A stretch of DNA of 64,000 nt from Candidatus Tepidifontimicrobium thermophilum (GCA_031459915.1 JAVKHO010000008.1:1-64000); one strand, 5' to 3'; shown: positions 1 to 9,268, numbered from the stretch's first letter. Notes: generated from the sequence alone by a model not told the origin. Program-made: numbers and translations.

Positions 1-227
1 CGGCTGACCAGCTTGTAGGGCTGCAGGACCTTGACCACCCGCTCCACCCCGTCCATGGCCTCCAGCATGGTGCGCAGCTGCTCCTTGGTGCGGTCGTCGC
101 CGATGACGCCCACCACGGTGCGCATCACCCCCTGGGAGACGTGGGGAACGAGCCCCGCCTCCCGGATGCGCTGCAGCACCGCCTCCTGCTGCTCGGGAGT
201 GCAGTGGGGTTGCAGCACCACGATCAC
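1..227 (-). CDS. aroF: 3-deoxy-7-phosphoheptulonate (DAHP) synthase, type I-beta with N-terminal regulatory domain; 5' part only
   Basis: Manual translation from GTG at 227: MIVVLQPHCTPEQQEAVLQRIREAGLVPHVSQGVMRTVVGVIGDDRTKEQLRTMLEAMDGVERVVKVLQPYKLVS, a typical I-beta DAHPS N-terminus; GGAGGG RBS upstream; runs off the window. Confidence 0.88.
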   Translation of the reverse strand, partial: MIVVLQPHCTPEQQEAVLQRIREAGLVPHVSQGVMRTVVGVIGDDRTKEQLRTMLEAMDGVERVVKVLQPYKLVS

Positions 228-261
228 CGCTTTTCCCTCCTCCGGGCCCCGGAAGGGCCCC

Positions 262-555
262 AAAAAATTTGCCTCCCGTCCTCACGGGACGGGAGGCGGA
301 GAACACCTCGCGCGGTACCACCCGGCTTCCCCGCCGCACGGCGTGCGGCAGGGCCCTCTCGGAACGGGACTTGCGTCCGATTCCGCCGGCCTGGGCAACG
401 GGAGCCGGAACCCCGTCGGCGCCTACTGGGCCCTGCTGCCGTTCGGGCCGCCCCTCCCGGGTCCATTCCGCGGGCTGACGGCTACCGCGCTTCCACCGAC
501 CTCGCGGCTCTCTTAGAGCGTCCTTCCCGCGTACTCGTCCCGATCCTCGGGTTTG
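262..555 (-). ncRNA. T-box riboswitch, Trp (UGG) specifier, with intrinsic terminator
   Basis: Minus strand: Stem I AGTA...AGAGA...GGTGGAA...GAA-TGG-A (TGG at 465-463); T-box AAGCCGGGTGGTACCGCG (328-311); terminator stem 271-281/287-297 followed by a U tract. Confidence 0.9.
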
Positions 556-561
556 GCATGG

Positions 562-570
562 ATTTTAGCA
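562..570 (-). promoter_or_regulatory. Extended -10 promoter (TGcTAAAAT) for the T-box/aroF leader
   Basis: TG-n-TAAAAT immediately upstream of Stem I. Confidence 0.55.
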
Positions 571-734
571 CCGAGGGTCAACCCCGCGCCAGCGGTTTGA
601 CGGGGACGGCTCGGGCGGTTAGGCTGGGCTCGGGCTGTTGGCCTGTTCCCCGAGGAGCGCGTCCAAACGCGTGACGCGGGGACGCGGACCGGTGCTTGCG
701 AGGACGGTGCCGGTCCCGGCGGTGGACGAGCGTC

Positions 735-2930
735 GTGCAAACCCTCCTACTGGGGATCCCTTTGATTCCCCTGCTGGCCGCGCCGTGGGCCGCGGCCAGC
801 AGGCGTGGGAGCTGGCTGGTCGCCCTGGGCGCGTGCGGGGCGGTGCTGCTAGCGCTGGTACCGGTAGCCCGGTGGGCCGCCACGGGCCTGGTGGCATCCG
901 CGGAGCTGAGCTGGTTCTCTGCCCTCGGGGTCGGCTACCGCCTCCGCGCGGACGGCCTGAGTGCGCTGTTCGCCCTGCTCGTGGCCGGCGTGGGGGTGCT
1001 CATCGTCCTGTACGCGAGGGCCTACCTAGGGCACGAGCCCCGCGCGCCTGCCTTCTTCGCGTACCTGCTGCTGTTCGCCGGCTCCATGTTGGGGCTCGTG
1101 CTGGCGGATGACCTGCTGACCCTGTACGTGTTCTGGGAGGGCACCTCCCTCGCCTCCTTCTTTCTGATCGGGTTTCACGACGAGCGGTGGGAGGCCCGGC
1201 AGGCCTCCGTGCGGGCTCTGGTGGTCACCGTGGTGGGCGGCCTCGCCATGCTGGCGGGCTTCTTGCTGCTGGGACTGGAGGCGGGGACTTTCCGTGTGTC
1301 AGAGCTGGATCCGCGGACCGTACAGGGCTCTCCGCGCTACCCTTGGGTGCTGGGCTTGGTCCTGGCGGGGGCCTTCACCAAGTCCGCACAGATCCCCGTG
1401 CACTTCTGGCTCCCGGGCGCCATGGTGGCGCCCACGCCGGTAAGCGCGTACCTGCATTCCGCCACCATGGTGAAGGCGGGCGTCTTCCTCCTGCTGCGCC
1501 TGCTCCCGGTGCTGGGCGGGACGGAGCTCTGGCGCACCTGGATCCTGCCCGTGGGCCTAGGTACGTTCCTGTTCGGGGCGGTGGTGGCGGTCCTGCAGGA
1601 CGACCTGAAGGCCCTGCTGGCCTACGGGACCGTGAGCGCCCTGGGTCTGGCCACCGCGCTCGCGGGGACCGGCACGGCGGTGGGGCGGGACGCCGCGGTC
1701 CTGTATCTCATAAACCACGCGGCCTATAAGGGCACGCTGTTCCTGGTGGCGGGGGCCGTGGAGCACGAAACCGGTACCCGGCAAATCCGCCACCTGCGGG
1801 GCCTCGCGCGGGCGATGCCCGCCACCGCGACGCTGGCCGCGTTGAGCGTGTTCTCCCTGGCGGCTCTTCCTGCGAGCGGCGGGTTCGTGGCCAAGGACCT
1901 GGCTGCGAAGGCGCTGGGGCACGGGCTGGAGGGGTGGCTGTGGGTTGGGGCGGTGGTCACCGCGGCGTTCGGAGCGCGCTTCCTGCAGGTGTTCTTTGGC
2001 TCAGGAGAGGCTGAACATCGGCACGAGCCCGCGGGGTTGTGGTTGCCCGCCTTACCCCTGGCGGTGCTGTGCGTGCTGTTCGGCACCTGGCGGCAGCTCC
2101 CGGAGGCGGTGGTGGACTGGCTCGGAGCTCCCCACAACGTCTGGCCCAAGTTCAGCTGGGGCAAGGTGGCCCCCGCGCTGCTGGCCGCGGTAGGTGGAGC
2201 GGGGGTGGCCTGGTTCGGCGGGACGGTGTCCTCGCGGTGGCCGGAAGCCCGGTGGAACGGGGATCGGATCTTCGACGCGCTGCAGGCTGCCCTGCTGCGC
2301 TTCGCGGACGCCCTCACGCACCTCAGCCTGACCGGGCGGCTGCGGGACTACCTGGTGGTGATCCTGGGAGTCGCCGCAGTGGGGGCGGGGCTCCCCGTGC
2401 TGGCCCACGCGCGGTGGCCGGAGGTGGGGCGGCTTTCCTTCGAGGCCGCGTTCGTGGGTATCGGGGTCGCTGCCGTGCTCGTGACCGTGCTTAGCCGGAG
2501 TCTGGTGGCGGCCGTGGTTGCGCTGGGTGCGGTGGGCTACAGCGTGGTGTTCCTGTTCATGGGGCTGCGGGCGCCAGACCTCGCTCTCACCCAGATGCTG
2601 GTGGAGACGGTGAGCCTGGTGCTGTTCCTCGCGGTGGTGACGCGCCTGCTGAGCGCCGACGTCCCCGACCGTCATCCCCTGGCGGGGCTGGACCTGCTGG
2701 TGTCCGTGGCGGTCGGGGTGGTGGCCGGCGCGCTGGCGTTCCAGCTCAGCACAGGACCCCCGTCCCAGCGCCTTGCGGAGTTCTTCGCGCGCAACGCGAA
2801 GCTGGCGGGCGGGACCAACCTGGTGAACCTGGTCGTGGTGGACTTCCGGGGGCTGGACACGCTGGGGGAGATCACGGTGTTGGGTATCGCCGCGTTGGGG
2901 GTCCTGGCGCTGGCGAGGAGGCCTCGGTGA
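735..2930 (+). CDS. mrpA: Mrp Na+/H+ antiporter subunit A
   Basis: NuoL-like motifs FWEGTSLASFFLIGF, FTKSAQIPVHFWLPGAMVAPTPVSAYLHSATMVKAG, C-terminal VVDFRGLDTLGE; start taken at GTG 735 (ORF opens at 696). Confidence 0.92.
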   Translation: MQTLLLGIPLIPLLAAPWAAASRRGSWLVALGACGAVLLALVPVARWAATGLVASAELSWFSALGVGYRLRADGLSALFALLVAGVGVLIVLYARAYLGHEPRAPAFFAYLLLFAGSMLGLVLADDLLTLYVFWEGTSLASFFLIGFHDERWEARQASVRALVVTVVGGLAMLAGFLLLGLEAGTFRVSELDPRTVQGSPRYPWVLGLVLAGAFTKSAQIPVHFWLPGAMVAPTPVSAYLHSATMVKAGVFLLLRLLPVLGGTELWRTWILPVGLGTFLFGAVVAVLQDDLKALLAYGTVSALGLATALAGTGTAVGRDAAVLYLINHAAYKGTLFLVAGAVEHETGTRQIRHLRGLARAMPATATLAALSVFSLAALPASGGFVAKDLAAKALGHGLEGWLWVGAVVTAAFGARFLQVFFGSGEAEHRHEPAGLWLPALPLAVLCVLFGTWRQLPEAVVDWLGAPHNVWPKFSWGKVAPALLAAVGGAGVAWFGGTVSSRWPEARWNGDRIFDALQAALLRFADALTHLSLTGRLRDYLVVILGVAAVGAGLPVLAHARWPEVGRLSFEAAFVGIGVAAVLVTVLSRSLVAAVVALGAVGYSVVFLFMGLRAPDLALTQMLVETVSLVLFLAVVTRLLSADVPDRHPLAGLDLLVSVAVGVVAGALAFQLSTGPPSQRLAEFFARNAKLAGGTNLVNLVVVDFRGLDTLGEITVLGIAALGVLALARRPR

Positions 2931-3319
2931 ACAGCCTGGTGCTGAGGACGGTGGCACGGGTGGTGGCACCCGTGGTGGTGCTGTACGGCGTGCGGTTGCT
3001 CCTGGTAGGTCACAACTCGCCGGGCGGAGGCTTCGTGGGCGGCCTCGTCACGGCCCTGGCGGTGGTGTTGGGCTGGCTGGCTTTCGGCCCCCCTCCGCGG
3101 GCACGGCGGTGGGAGCGGGGCGTGGCGCTGGGGGTGGGGATTTCCGCGGTCACGGGCCTGGCTGCGGTGCTCCTGGGCCGGCCGTTCTTGACCCACGCCG
3201 TGCTGTACGCGGGGCCCGTGAAGCTGCCCACGTCCCTGTTCTTCGACGTGGGGGTATTCCTGGTGGTGGTGTCCGCGACGCTCGCGGCCGTCCGGACCCT
3301 GTGGGAGGCGGGCTCGTGA
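2927..3319 (+). CDS. mrpB: Mrp antiporter subunit B
   Basis: GHNSPGGGFVGG and FFDVGVFLVV; overlaps the mrpA stop. Confidence 0.9.
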   Translation: MNSLVLRTVARVVAPVVVLYGVRLLLVGHNSPGGGFVGGLVTALAVVLGWLAFGPPPRARRWERGVALGVGISAVTGLAAVLLGRPFLTHAVLYAGPVKLPTSLFFDVGVFLVVVSATLAAVRTLWEAGS

Positions 3320-3621
3320 ACCTGGTGCTGGCGGCCCTGGTGGGTCTGCTGTTCGCCGCAGGCACCTGGCTGCTGCTGGGACAGCGCATCCTCCGGCAGG
3401 TGATCGGCCTCGGGTTGATCGCGCACGGGGCGAACCTGACGGTGCTCCTAGCAGGCGGCCTGGTAGGCCGGCACGCGCCGCTGCTGGGGAACCCCGAGCC
3501 CCGGGCAGACCCGCTGCCGCAGGCGCTGATCCTGACCGCCATCGTGATCGGCTTCGGGATCACCGCATTCCTGCTGGCCCTGGGCTACCGCATGCACGCC
3601 CTTGAGGAGGACGAGGGGTGA
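3316..3621 (+). CDS. mrpC: Mrp antiporter subunit C
   Basis: DPLPQALILTAIVIGFG; GTG start overlapping the mrpB stop. Confidence 0.9.
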   Translation: MNLVLAALVGLLFAAGTWLLLGQRILRQVIGLGLIAHGANLTVLLAGGLVGRHAPLLGNPEPRADPLPQALILTAIVIGFGITAFLLALGYRMHALEEDEG

Positions 3622-5072
3622 ACGCCGCCGCAGCCCCCGTGCTGATCCCGCTGCTGACGGGGCTTCTGTGCGTGGCCCTTCCCTCCCGCCGCCTCCGTTG
3701 GGGGGTGAGCGTGACGGGAGGTACGGCCTGCGTTGTCGCCAGCGTCTGGTTGGTGGCCCTGGCCCGGGCGCACACGGTCGTGATCCTGCGCTTCGGCAAC
3801 TGGCCCGCGCCGTTCGGGATCGTGTTCGCCGCGGACCTCCTGGGAGCGCTCATGAGCGCCATCGGGAGCTGGGTCGCGCTGTGCACCCTCCTGGCCCTGC
3901 TGGCGCAGCCGCACCCTCGCCTGGACGGCTTCTTCCACGGCGGCTGGCACCTGATGCTCGCGGGAATGAACGGGGCGTTTTTGACCGGTGATCTGTTCAA
4001 CCTGTACGTGTTCTTTGAGGTGCTGCTGGTGGCCTCGTACTTCCTGCTCACCCTGGGCAGCACCCGGCGCCAGGCGCGCGAGGCCTTCACCTACGTGGCT
4101 AGCAACCTGGTCGCGTCCACCCTGTTCCTTGTGGGAGTGGCGTTGCTGTACGCGGCCGTGGGCAGCGTCAACATGGCGGACCTGTCCGTGCGGATGCCGG
4201 ACGCGTCCCCGGGTCTGGTGCGCCCCGCGGTGTTCCTGCTGGCGGTGGCGTTCGGGGTGAAGGCGGCGATTTTCCCCCTGTACGCGTGGCTGCCCCACGC
4301 CTACGTGCTCCCTCCAGGGCCGGTGGCAGCGTACTTCGGGGGTATGCTCACAAAGGTCGGCGTGTACGCCCTGTACCGCCTGTTCACCACCCTGAACCCC
4401 CTGCGGGGTCCGGAGCCCACCCTGGTGACGGTGGCAGTGCTGACCATGGTGTTCGGGGTGCTGGGAGCCCTGGCGCAAGAGGAGGTGCGGAGGATCCTGT
4501 CCTTCCACATCATCAGCCAGATCGGGTACATGGTGTTCGGGCTGGCGCTGGGCACGCCGCAGGCGTGGGCCGCGGGGCTGTTTTACGTCCTGCACCATAT
4601 CGGCGTGAAGACGGCGCTGCTGCTCGTGAGCGCCGCGGTGGAGGCCAGCTACGGCACAGGCGCCCTGCGGGCGCTGTCGGGCTTGGCCCACGCCCACCCG
4701 TTTTTGGGCCTGTCCTTTGCGATCCCTGCCCTGTCCCTGGCCGGGATCCCGCCCTTGAGCGGCTTCTGGGCGAAGGTGTTCGTGGTGGAGGCGGGGCTCC
4801 GGGCCGGTGAGGCCTTCGCAGTGGGTGCGAGTCTTGCGGTGAGCCTGCTGACCCTGCTGTCCATGAGCAAGATCTTCACCGGTGCCTTCTGGGGGCCCTC
4901 TCCGGAACGGGAGGCGATCCCAGCGCTTCACTACCTCGCCATCGCGGGCGTGGGGGTGCTCACACTGGTGTGGGGGCTGGGAGGCGGGTGGCTGTGGGAT
5001 CTGACCGCCACGGCGGCGGAGCGCCTGGCAGACCCCGGCGTCTACGCCCAAACGGTGCTGGGGGGTCGCTGA
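3618..5072 (+). CDS. mrpD: Mrp antiporter subunit D
   Basis: GAFLTGDLFNLYVFFEVLL, WLPHAY, LTKVGVYA, LAGIPPLSGFWAK. Confidence 0.92.
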   Translation: MNAAAAPVLIPLLTGLLCVALPSRRLRWGVSVTGGTACVVASVWLVALARAHTVVILRFGNWPAPFGIVFAADLLGALMSAIGSWVALCTLLALLAQPHPRLDGFFHGGWHLMLAGMNGAFLTGDLFNLYVFFEVLLVASYFLLTLGSTRRQAREAFTYVASNLVASTLFLVGVALLYAAVGSVNMADLSVRMPDASPGLVRPAVFLLAVAFGVKAAIFPLYAWLPHAYVLPPGPVAAYFGGMLTKVGVYALYRLFTTLNPLRGPEPTLVTVAVLTMVFGVLGALAQEEVRRILSFHIISQIGYMVFGLALGTPQAWAAGLFYVLHHIGVKTALLLVSAAVEASYGTGALRALSGLAHAHPFLGLSFAIPALSLAGIPPLSGFWAKVFVVEAGLRAGEAFAVGASLAVSLLTLLSMSKIFTGAFWGPSPEREAIPALHYLAIAGVGVLTLVWGLGGGWLWDLTATAAERLADPGVYAQTVLGGR

Positions 5073-5073
5073 G

Positions 5074-5400
5074 GTGAGGCGGCTGGCGGCAGCGTTGCGC
5101 CTGGTGGCGGTCGGGGTGTGGGAGATCTCCCGGGCGAACCTGCGCCTGGCGACCCTGGTGCTCAATCCCAGGCGGGCCAACCGACCCCGCTTCATCCGGG
5201 TACCCATCCGCCTGCGCGGAGACGCCGCCATCACGGCCCTGGCGAACCTGATCACCCTGACGCCGGGCACCCTCACGGTGGACGTGGCGCCCGACCGCTC
5301 GAGTCTCCTGGTGCACGTCTTCGACCTGGAGGAGGAAGGCGCCGCGGTGGCAGAAATCCAGAACCGGTTGGAACGCGCGGTGGCGGAGGTGTTCGAGTGA
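5074..5400 (+). CDS. mrpE: Mrp antiporter subunit E
   Basis: LANLITLTPGTLTVDV motif. Confidence 0.88.
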   Translation: MRRLAAALRLVAVGVWEISRANLRLATLVLNPRRANRPRFIRVPIRLRGDAAITALANLITLTPGTLTVDVAPDRSSLLVHVFDLEEEGAAVAEIQNRLERAVAEVFE

Positions 5401-5654
5401 CAGCGGTAGCTCTGGCGCTGCTGGCCTGCGCGGCGGCCTTGTGCGCGGTCCGGCTGGCCACCGGACCCGGGTTCGTGGACCGCGTGGTGGCCGCAGACGC
5501 CCTGGCTATGGTGCTGCTCAACGTGGTCCTCACCGCGGGCGTGCTGTGGGACACCCGCGACTACCTGGACGTAGCTGTCGTGCTGGCTGCCCTGGCGTTC
5601 GTGGGCACGGTGGCGGCGGCGCGTTTCGTGTCCGGAGGAGGTCCCCTTGCGTGA
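5397..5654 (+). CDS. mrpF: Mrp antiporter subunit F
   Basis: GPGFVDRVVAAD...LAFVGTVAAARF; GTG start at 5397. Confidence 0.85.
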   Translation: MTAVALALLACAAALCAVRLATGPGFVDRVVAADALAMVLLNVVLTAGVLWDTRDYLDVAVVLAALAFVGTVAAARFVSGGGPLA

Positions 5655-5946
5655 GTGGAGTGCGGTGTTCCTGTTGGTGGGCGCCGCCTTCTCCCTGGTG
5701 GCGGGCGTGGGGATGGTCAGGTACCGGGACACCCTGAGCCGGCTGCACGTGGCGGGGAAGGTCACCACCTTCGGCGCCGCCGGCGCCCTGGTCGGATCCT
5801 TTTTGCACCACGGGGGAGGCTGGCAGGAGGTGGCGATCCTGGCTTTCCTGCTGCTCACCACCCCCGCGGGGTCCCACGCTCTGGCCCGGGCTCTCGCAAG
5901 ACGCTTTCACGACCAATCGGGATGGCCGTCCTCCGAGGACTCCTGA
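5647..5946 (+). CDS. mrpG: Mrp antiporter subunit G
   Basis: RLHVAGKVTTFG and LLTTPAGSHALARA. Confidence 0.85.
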   Translation: MREWSAVFLLVGAAFSLVAGVGMVRYRDTLSRLHVAGKVTTFGAAGALVGSFLHHGGGWQEVAILAFLLLTTPAGSHALARALARRFHDQSGWPSSEDS

Positions 5947-6548
5947 TCCGCGGCCTGCTGGTGACCGTACCCCTCCTGGTCACCTTCGCCCTCCTGCGGT
6001 GGGTGTTCCGGGTGCTGGACAGCGTGCTGCAGCCCGTGTTCCGGTGGCTGTTCGGCAACAACGTGCCGGGCGCAGGGCTCGTGGGCGGGCTGGTGGTGAT
6101 CCTACTGGTGGGCCTGCTGGTCAGCACCTGGCCGGGGCGTGTGGCCCTGCACGCCCTGGAAGCCGTCCTGTTCCGGACCCCGCTTCTGCGGGTCATCTAC
6201 GGCGGCACCAAGCAGGTGGTGGAGGTGGTGTTGGGCGGCCGGCAGGCTCCGTTCCGGCGGGTGGTGCTGGTGGAGTGGCCACGGAGGGGGGCGTACGCGC
6301 TGGGATTTGTGACGGGCGAGGAAGTGGTCTCTGAGGGTCGGTCGGTCCTCAAAGTGTTCGTCATCAGCTCGCCGAACCCGACCACGGGCTTCCTCATGCT
6401 GGTGCCCGAGGAGCAGACAGTACCGCTCCGGATGACCGTGGACGAGGCCCTGACCCTGGTGGTGTCCGGGGGGCTGGCGGGTTCGGCGCAGGTGGTGGCG
6501 CAGGCCCTGGCGGAGGCCCAGGCGGACGCGGAGGGAGGTAGCGCGTGA
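5922..6548 (+). CDS. DUF502 family membrane protein
   Basis: GLLVTVPLLVT, VVLVEWPRRG, VFVISSPNPTTGF; ATG at 5922. Confidence 0.85.
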   Translation: MAVLRGLLIRGLLVTVPLLVTFALLRWVFRVLDSVLQPVFRWLFGNNVPGAGLVGGLVVILLVGLLVSTWPGRVALHALEAVLFRTPLLRVIYGGTKQVVEVVLGGRQAPFRRVVLVEWPRRGAYALGFVTGEEVVSEGRSVLKVFVISSPNPTTGFLMLVPEEQTVPLRMTVDEALTLVVSGGLAGSAQVVAQALAEAQADAEGGSA

Positions 6549-7147
6549 CCGGGAAGATGGACGAGGAGGTCCTGGTGGTGCCTCGGGCGGTACTGCTCGC
6601 GAGCGGGCCTTTCACCGGGATGCGCGGGCCGGACGAGGCGGTGCTGCGTGTGATCCGCGACCGCGGGGTCTACCGCCGCCGGGCTGACGTGGAGGAGGAT
6701 CCCTCGCTCAAGCAGGTGATCCCGTACGTGGTGGTCCGGCGGGGTACGGAGGTGTTCCTGTTCCGGCGGCTGGGACGGGGCAGCGAAGCACGGCTGCACG
6801 ACCGGTACTCCATCGGGGTCGGCGGCCACATCCGCCGGGCGGACGGAGACGAGGGGGACCCCGTGCAGGCGGGGATGGTACGGGAGCTGGAGGAGGAACT
6901 CGTGTTCAGCGCCCCGTGGACCGCACGGTGGGTCGGTGTGCTCAACGACGAACGTAACCCGGTGAGCGCGGTGCACTTCGGGCTGGTGTACGAGGCCCAG
7001 ACCACAGGGGAGGTCCGGGTCCGCGAGGAGGGAGTGCTGGCCGGCGGGTTCGTCCCCGTGCGGGAGGCGGTGCGGTACTACGACCGAATGGAGACCTGGT
7101 CGCAGCTGGTGATCGACGGGCTGGGCTGGTACCGTTCAGGGGACTGA
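6545..7147 (+). CDS. Nudix-fold predicted phosphoesterase
   Basis: EEDPSLKQVIPY, EARLHDRYSIGVGGHI, RELEEEL, VHFGLVY. Confidence 0.8.
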   Translation: MTGKMDEEVLVVPRAVLLASGPFTGMRGPDEAVLRVIRDRGVYRRRADVEEDPSLKQVIPYVVVRRGTEVFLFRRLGRGSEARLHDRYSIGVGGHIRRADGDEGDPVQAGMVRELEEELVFSAPWTARWVGVLNDERNPVSAVHFGLVYEAQTTGEVRVREEGVLAGGFVPVREAVRYYDRMETWSQLVIDGLGWYRSGD

Positions 7148-7148
7148 G

Positions 7149-7679
7149 ATGTCCGTGGGGGCCGCAGAGGCGAAGTACTGTCCGCGGTGTGGCGGGCCGC
7201 TAGCTCTCCGGCGGTTCCGCGGAGAGCGGGTGACCCATCCTGCCTGCCAGCGCTGTGGGTTCGTCCTCTGGCAGAACCCCAAGCCTGTGGTGGCGGCCCT
7301 CGTCACCCGACAGGACAGGGCCCAAGCCCAGGTACTGTTGGGACGGCGCGGGGTGGAACCTGGCCGTGGTCTGTGGCACGTGCCGGGCGGGTTCGTGGAC
7401 CCTGACGAGACACCGGAAGAAGCCCTGGCGCGGGAGTGCGCGGAGGAACTGGGGGTGCAGGTGGAACCTGAGGAGTTTGTGGGTGGGTTTCCTGACCGGT
7501 ACGGGGAGGAGCCCATCCTGGTCCTGGCGTATCGGTGCCGCCTGGTTGGGGGAGAACCGGAGGGCTCCACGGAGCTGGATCAGCCCACGTGGTTCCCGGT
7601 GAACCGGCCGCCGCAGCTGGCCTTCCGCAGCTGCCAGCTGGCCCTCCAGGTCCTGTGGAGGAAACTGCAGGGCGGCTAG
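7149..7679 (+). CDS. Nudix hydrolase with N-terminal zinc ribbon
   Basis: CPRCG...CQRCG, then Nudix box PGGFVDPDETPEEALARECAEELG. Confidence 0.88.
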   Translation: MSVGAAEAKYCPRCGGPLALRRFRGERVTHPACQRCGFVLWQNPKPVVAALVTRQDRAQAQVLLGRRGVEPGRGLWHVPGGFVDPDETPEEALARECAEELGVQVEPEEFVGGFPDRYGEEPILVLAYRCRLVGGEPEGSTELDQPTWFPVNRPPQLAFRSCQLALQVLWRKLQGG

Positions 7680-8387
7680 CTAGCGGGCCGTCCGGCCGTG
7701 GCCCGAGGGCAGGGCAGCCGGTTCGCCGGCGTCCCCTTCCAGCAGCCCGAGCCGCTGGGCGGCCACCACCACCTCCACCCGGTTGTGGGCATCCAGCTTG
7801 GACAGCAGGGACTGCACGTAGTTCCGGGCGGTGTAGTAGCTGATGGACAGGCGCTCCGCGATGGCCCGCGTGGGGAGCCCCCGGGCCAGCAGGTGCAGCA
7901 CCTGCTTTTCCCGCGTCGTCAGGGCTACGTTGTCTGCGTAGGCCGCAGCCTTGGCCAGCTGCAGCTCGTCCATCTCGTCCCTCAGGGCCTCTACCACCCG
8001 GCGCAGGAACCGGATGGAGATGACCTCCAGCGAAGCATCCCGGAGCCGGTGGAGCACGAGGGGACCGTTGGGGGTGGCCACGGGTTGGTGCAGCAGCGAC
8101 CAGGCGCCCAGGGTGTGTTCGCGCCGCAGCACGCACACGGACCGTTCCCCCCTGGCGGCGGCGCGCAGGGGGTTGCAGTTCCGCGAACACGGCAGCGGGT
8201 CCCGCAGCCGCAGGCGGCGGAGGACCTGGAAGCACGGCCGGCCCAGGGCCTGCTGGGTGGCCAACCCCAGGATCTCTTCCATGCCCGAGCTCCAGCCCAC
8301 GATGCGTTGGCGCCCGTCCACCAGGAAAAACCCCTCCGGGTGGCGGTCCCGGATGAGAGAGTCTGCAGCCAGGCCCAGTTTCCTCAG
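7680..8387 (-). CDS. PAS domain plus LuxR-type HTH transcriptional regulator
   Basis: C-terminal LTTREKQVLHLLARGLPTRAIAERLSISYYTARNYVQSLLSKL; N-terminal PAS (EGFFLVDGRQRIVGWSSGMEEILG); start inferred at CTG 8387 (first canonical start is GTG 8321). Confidence 0.8.
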   Translation of the reverse strand: MRKLGLAADSLIRDRHPEGFFLVDGRQRIVGWSSGMEEILGLATQQALGRPCFQVLRRLRLRDPLPCSRNCNPLRAAARGERSVCVLRREHTLGAWSLLHQPVATPNGPLVLHRLRDASLEVISIRFLRRVVEALRDEMDELQLAKAAAYADNVALTTREKQVLHLLARGLPTRAIAERLSISYYTARNYVQSLLSKLDAHNRVEVVVAAQRLGLLEGDAGEPAALPSGHGRTAR

Positions 8388-8461
8388 GATAGGTCCCCCC
8401 CAAACGCGACCCTACCCCTTCCGCGGGGTGCGGGTCAACCGCCCCACCCTGCGGGGTCGGG

Positions 8462-9265
8462 TTACGGCAACGCCTCCAGCAGATCCCGCACGGACGGCAG
8501 CACTAGGTCCGGTCTCTGCGCCTCCGGCAAACTGGGGACGTCCTCCTGGGTGGCGGTGCCCGTGAGGACGAGGACGGAGAAGGCACCCACCGCGCGGCCT
8601 GCCGCCACGTCCAGGGCGGGGTCGTCGCCCACGAAGGCACAGCGGTCCGGCGCAAAACCCGCGAGGCTCAGGCACACCTGGCTCGCCAGCGCACTGGGCT
8701 TGCCCAGCAGCAGAGGCTCTGTGTTGGCGGCGTACGCCAGAGCCGAGGTCAGGGCTCCCGTGCCAGGGACCGGCCCGTCCGGGGTGGGGATAGTGCGAGC
8801 CATGCTCGTCGTGACGAGTATCGCCCCTGCGCGCAGGGCCCGCAGCGCCGCGGTGAGCTGGGCGTAAGTGAACTCCGGAGTCCGGGCCACCAGCACCGCC
8901 TGGGCCTCCGTGGCCTCGCGAAGCTGCAGGACCTGCAGCCCGCGCCGCCGGATCTCCTCCGCCATGGCCTCGCTGCCCACCACCAGCACCCGCCCGCCTG
9001 GGAAGCGCCGTGCCAGCCAGTCCGCCGCCACCTCCCCTGCGGTGAGCACCCGCAGGTCCGGCCACCGGAAGCCCAGGTCCGCCACCTTGCGGGCCCACGC
9101 TGCGGGGGACAGCAAGCTGTCGTTGGTGAAGAGGATGAATCGGTAGCCGCGATCCCGCAGGGCTGCGAGGGTCTGTAGGGCGCCCGGGACCGGCGTGTTA
9201 CCGATGGCCAGGCAGCCGTCGACGTCAAACACCAGCTCGCGGACCGAAGCCGGGAGGGTGGCCAT
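8462..9265 (-). CDS. HAD-IIA (NagD-like) phosphatase
   Basis: FDVDGCL, FTND, GKPS, FVGDDPALDV; 3 nt downstream of the UbiD gene. Confidence 0.88.
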   Translation of the reverse strand: MATLPASVRELVFDVDGCLAIGNTPVPGALQTLAALRDRGYRFILFTNDSLLSPAAWARKVADLGFRWPDLRVLTAGEVAADWLARRFPGGRVLVVGSEAMAEEIRRRGLQVLQLREATEAQAVLVARTPEFTYAQLTAALRALRAGAILVTTSMARTIPTPDGPVPGTGALTSALAYAANTEPLLLGKPSALASQVCLSLAGFAPDRCAFVGDDPALDVAAGRAVGAFSVLVLTGTATQEDVPSLPEAQRPDLVLPSVRDLLEALP

Positions 9266-9268
9266 GGC

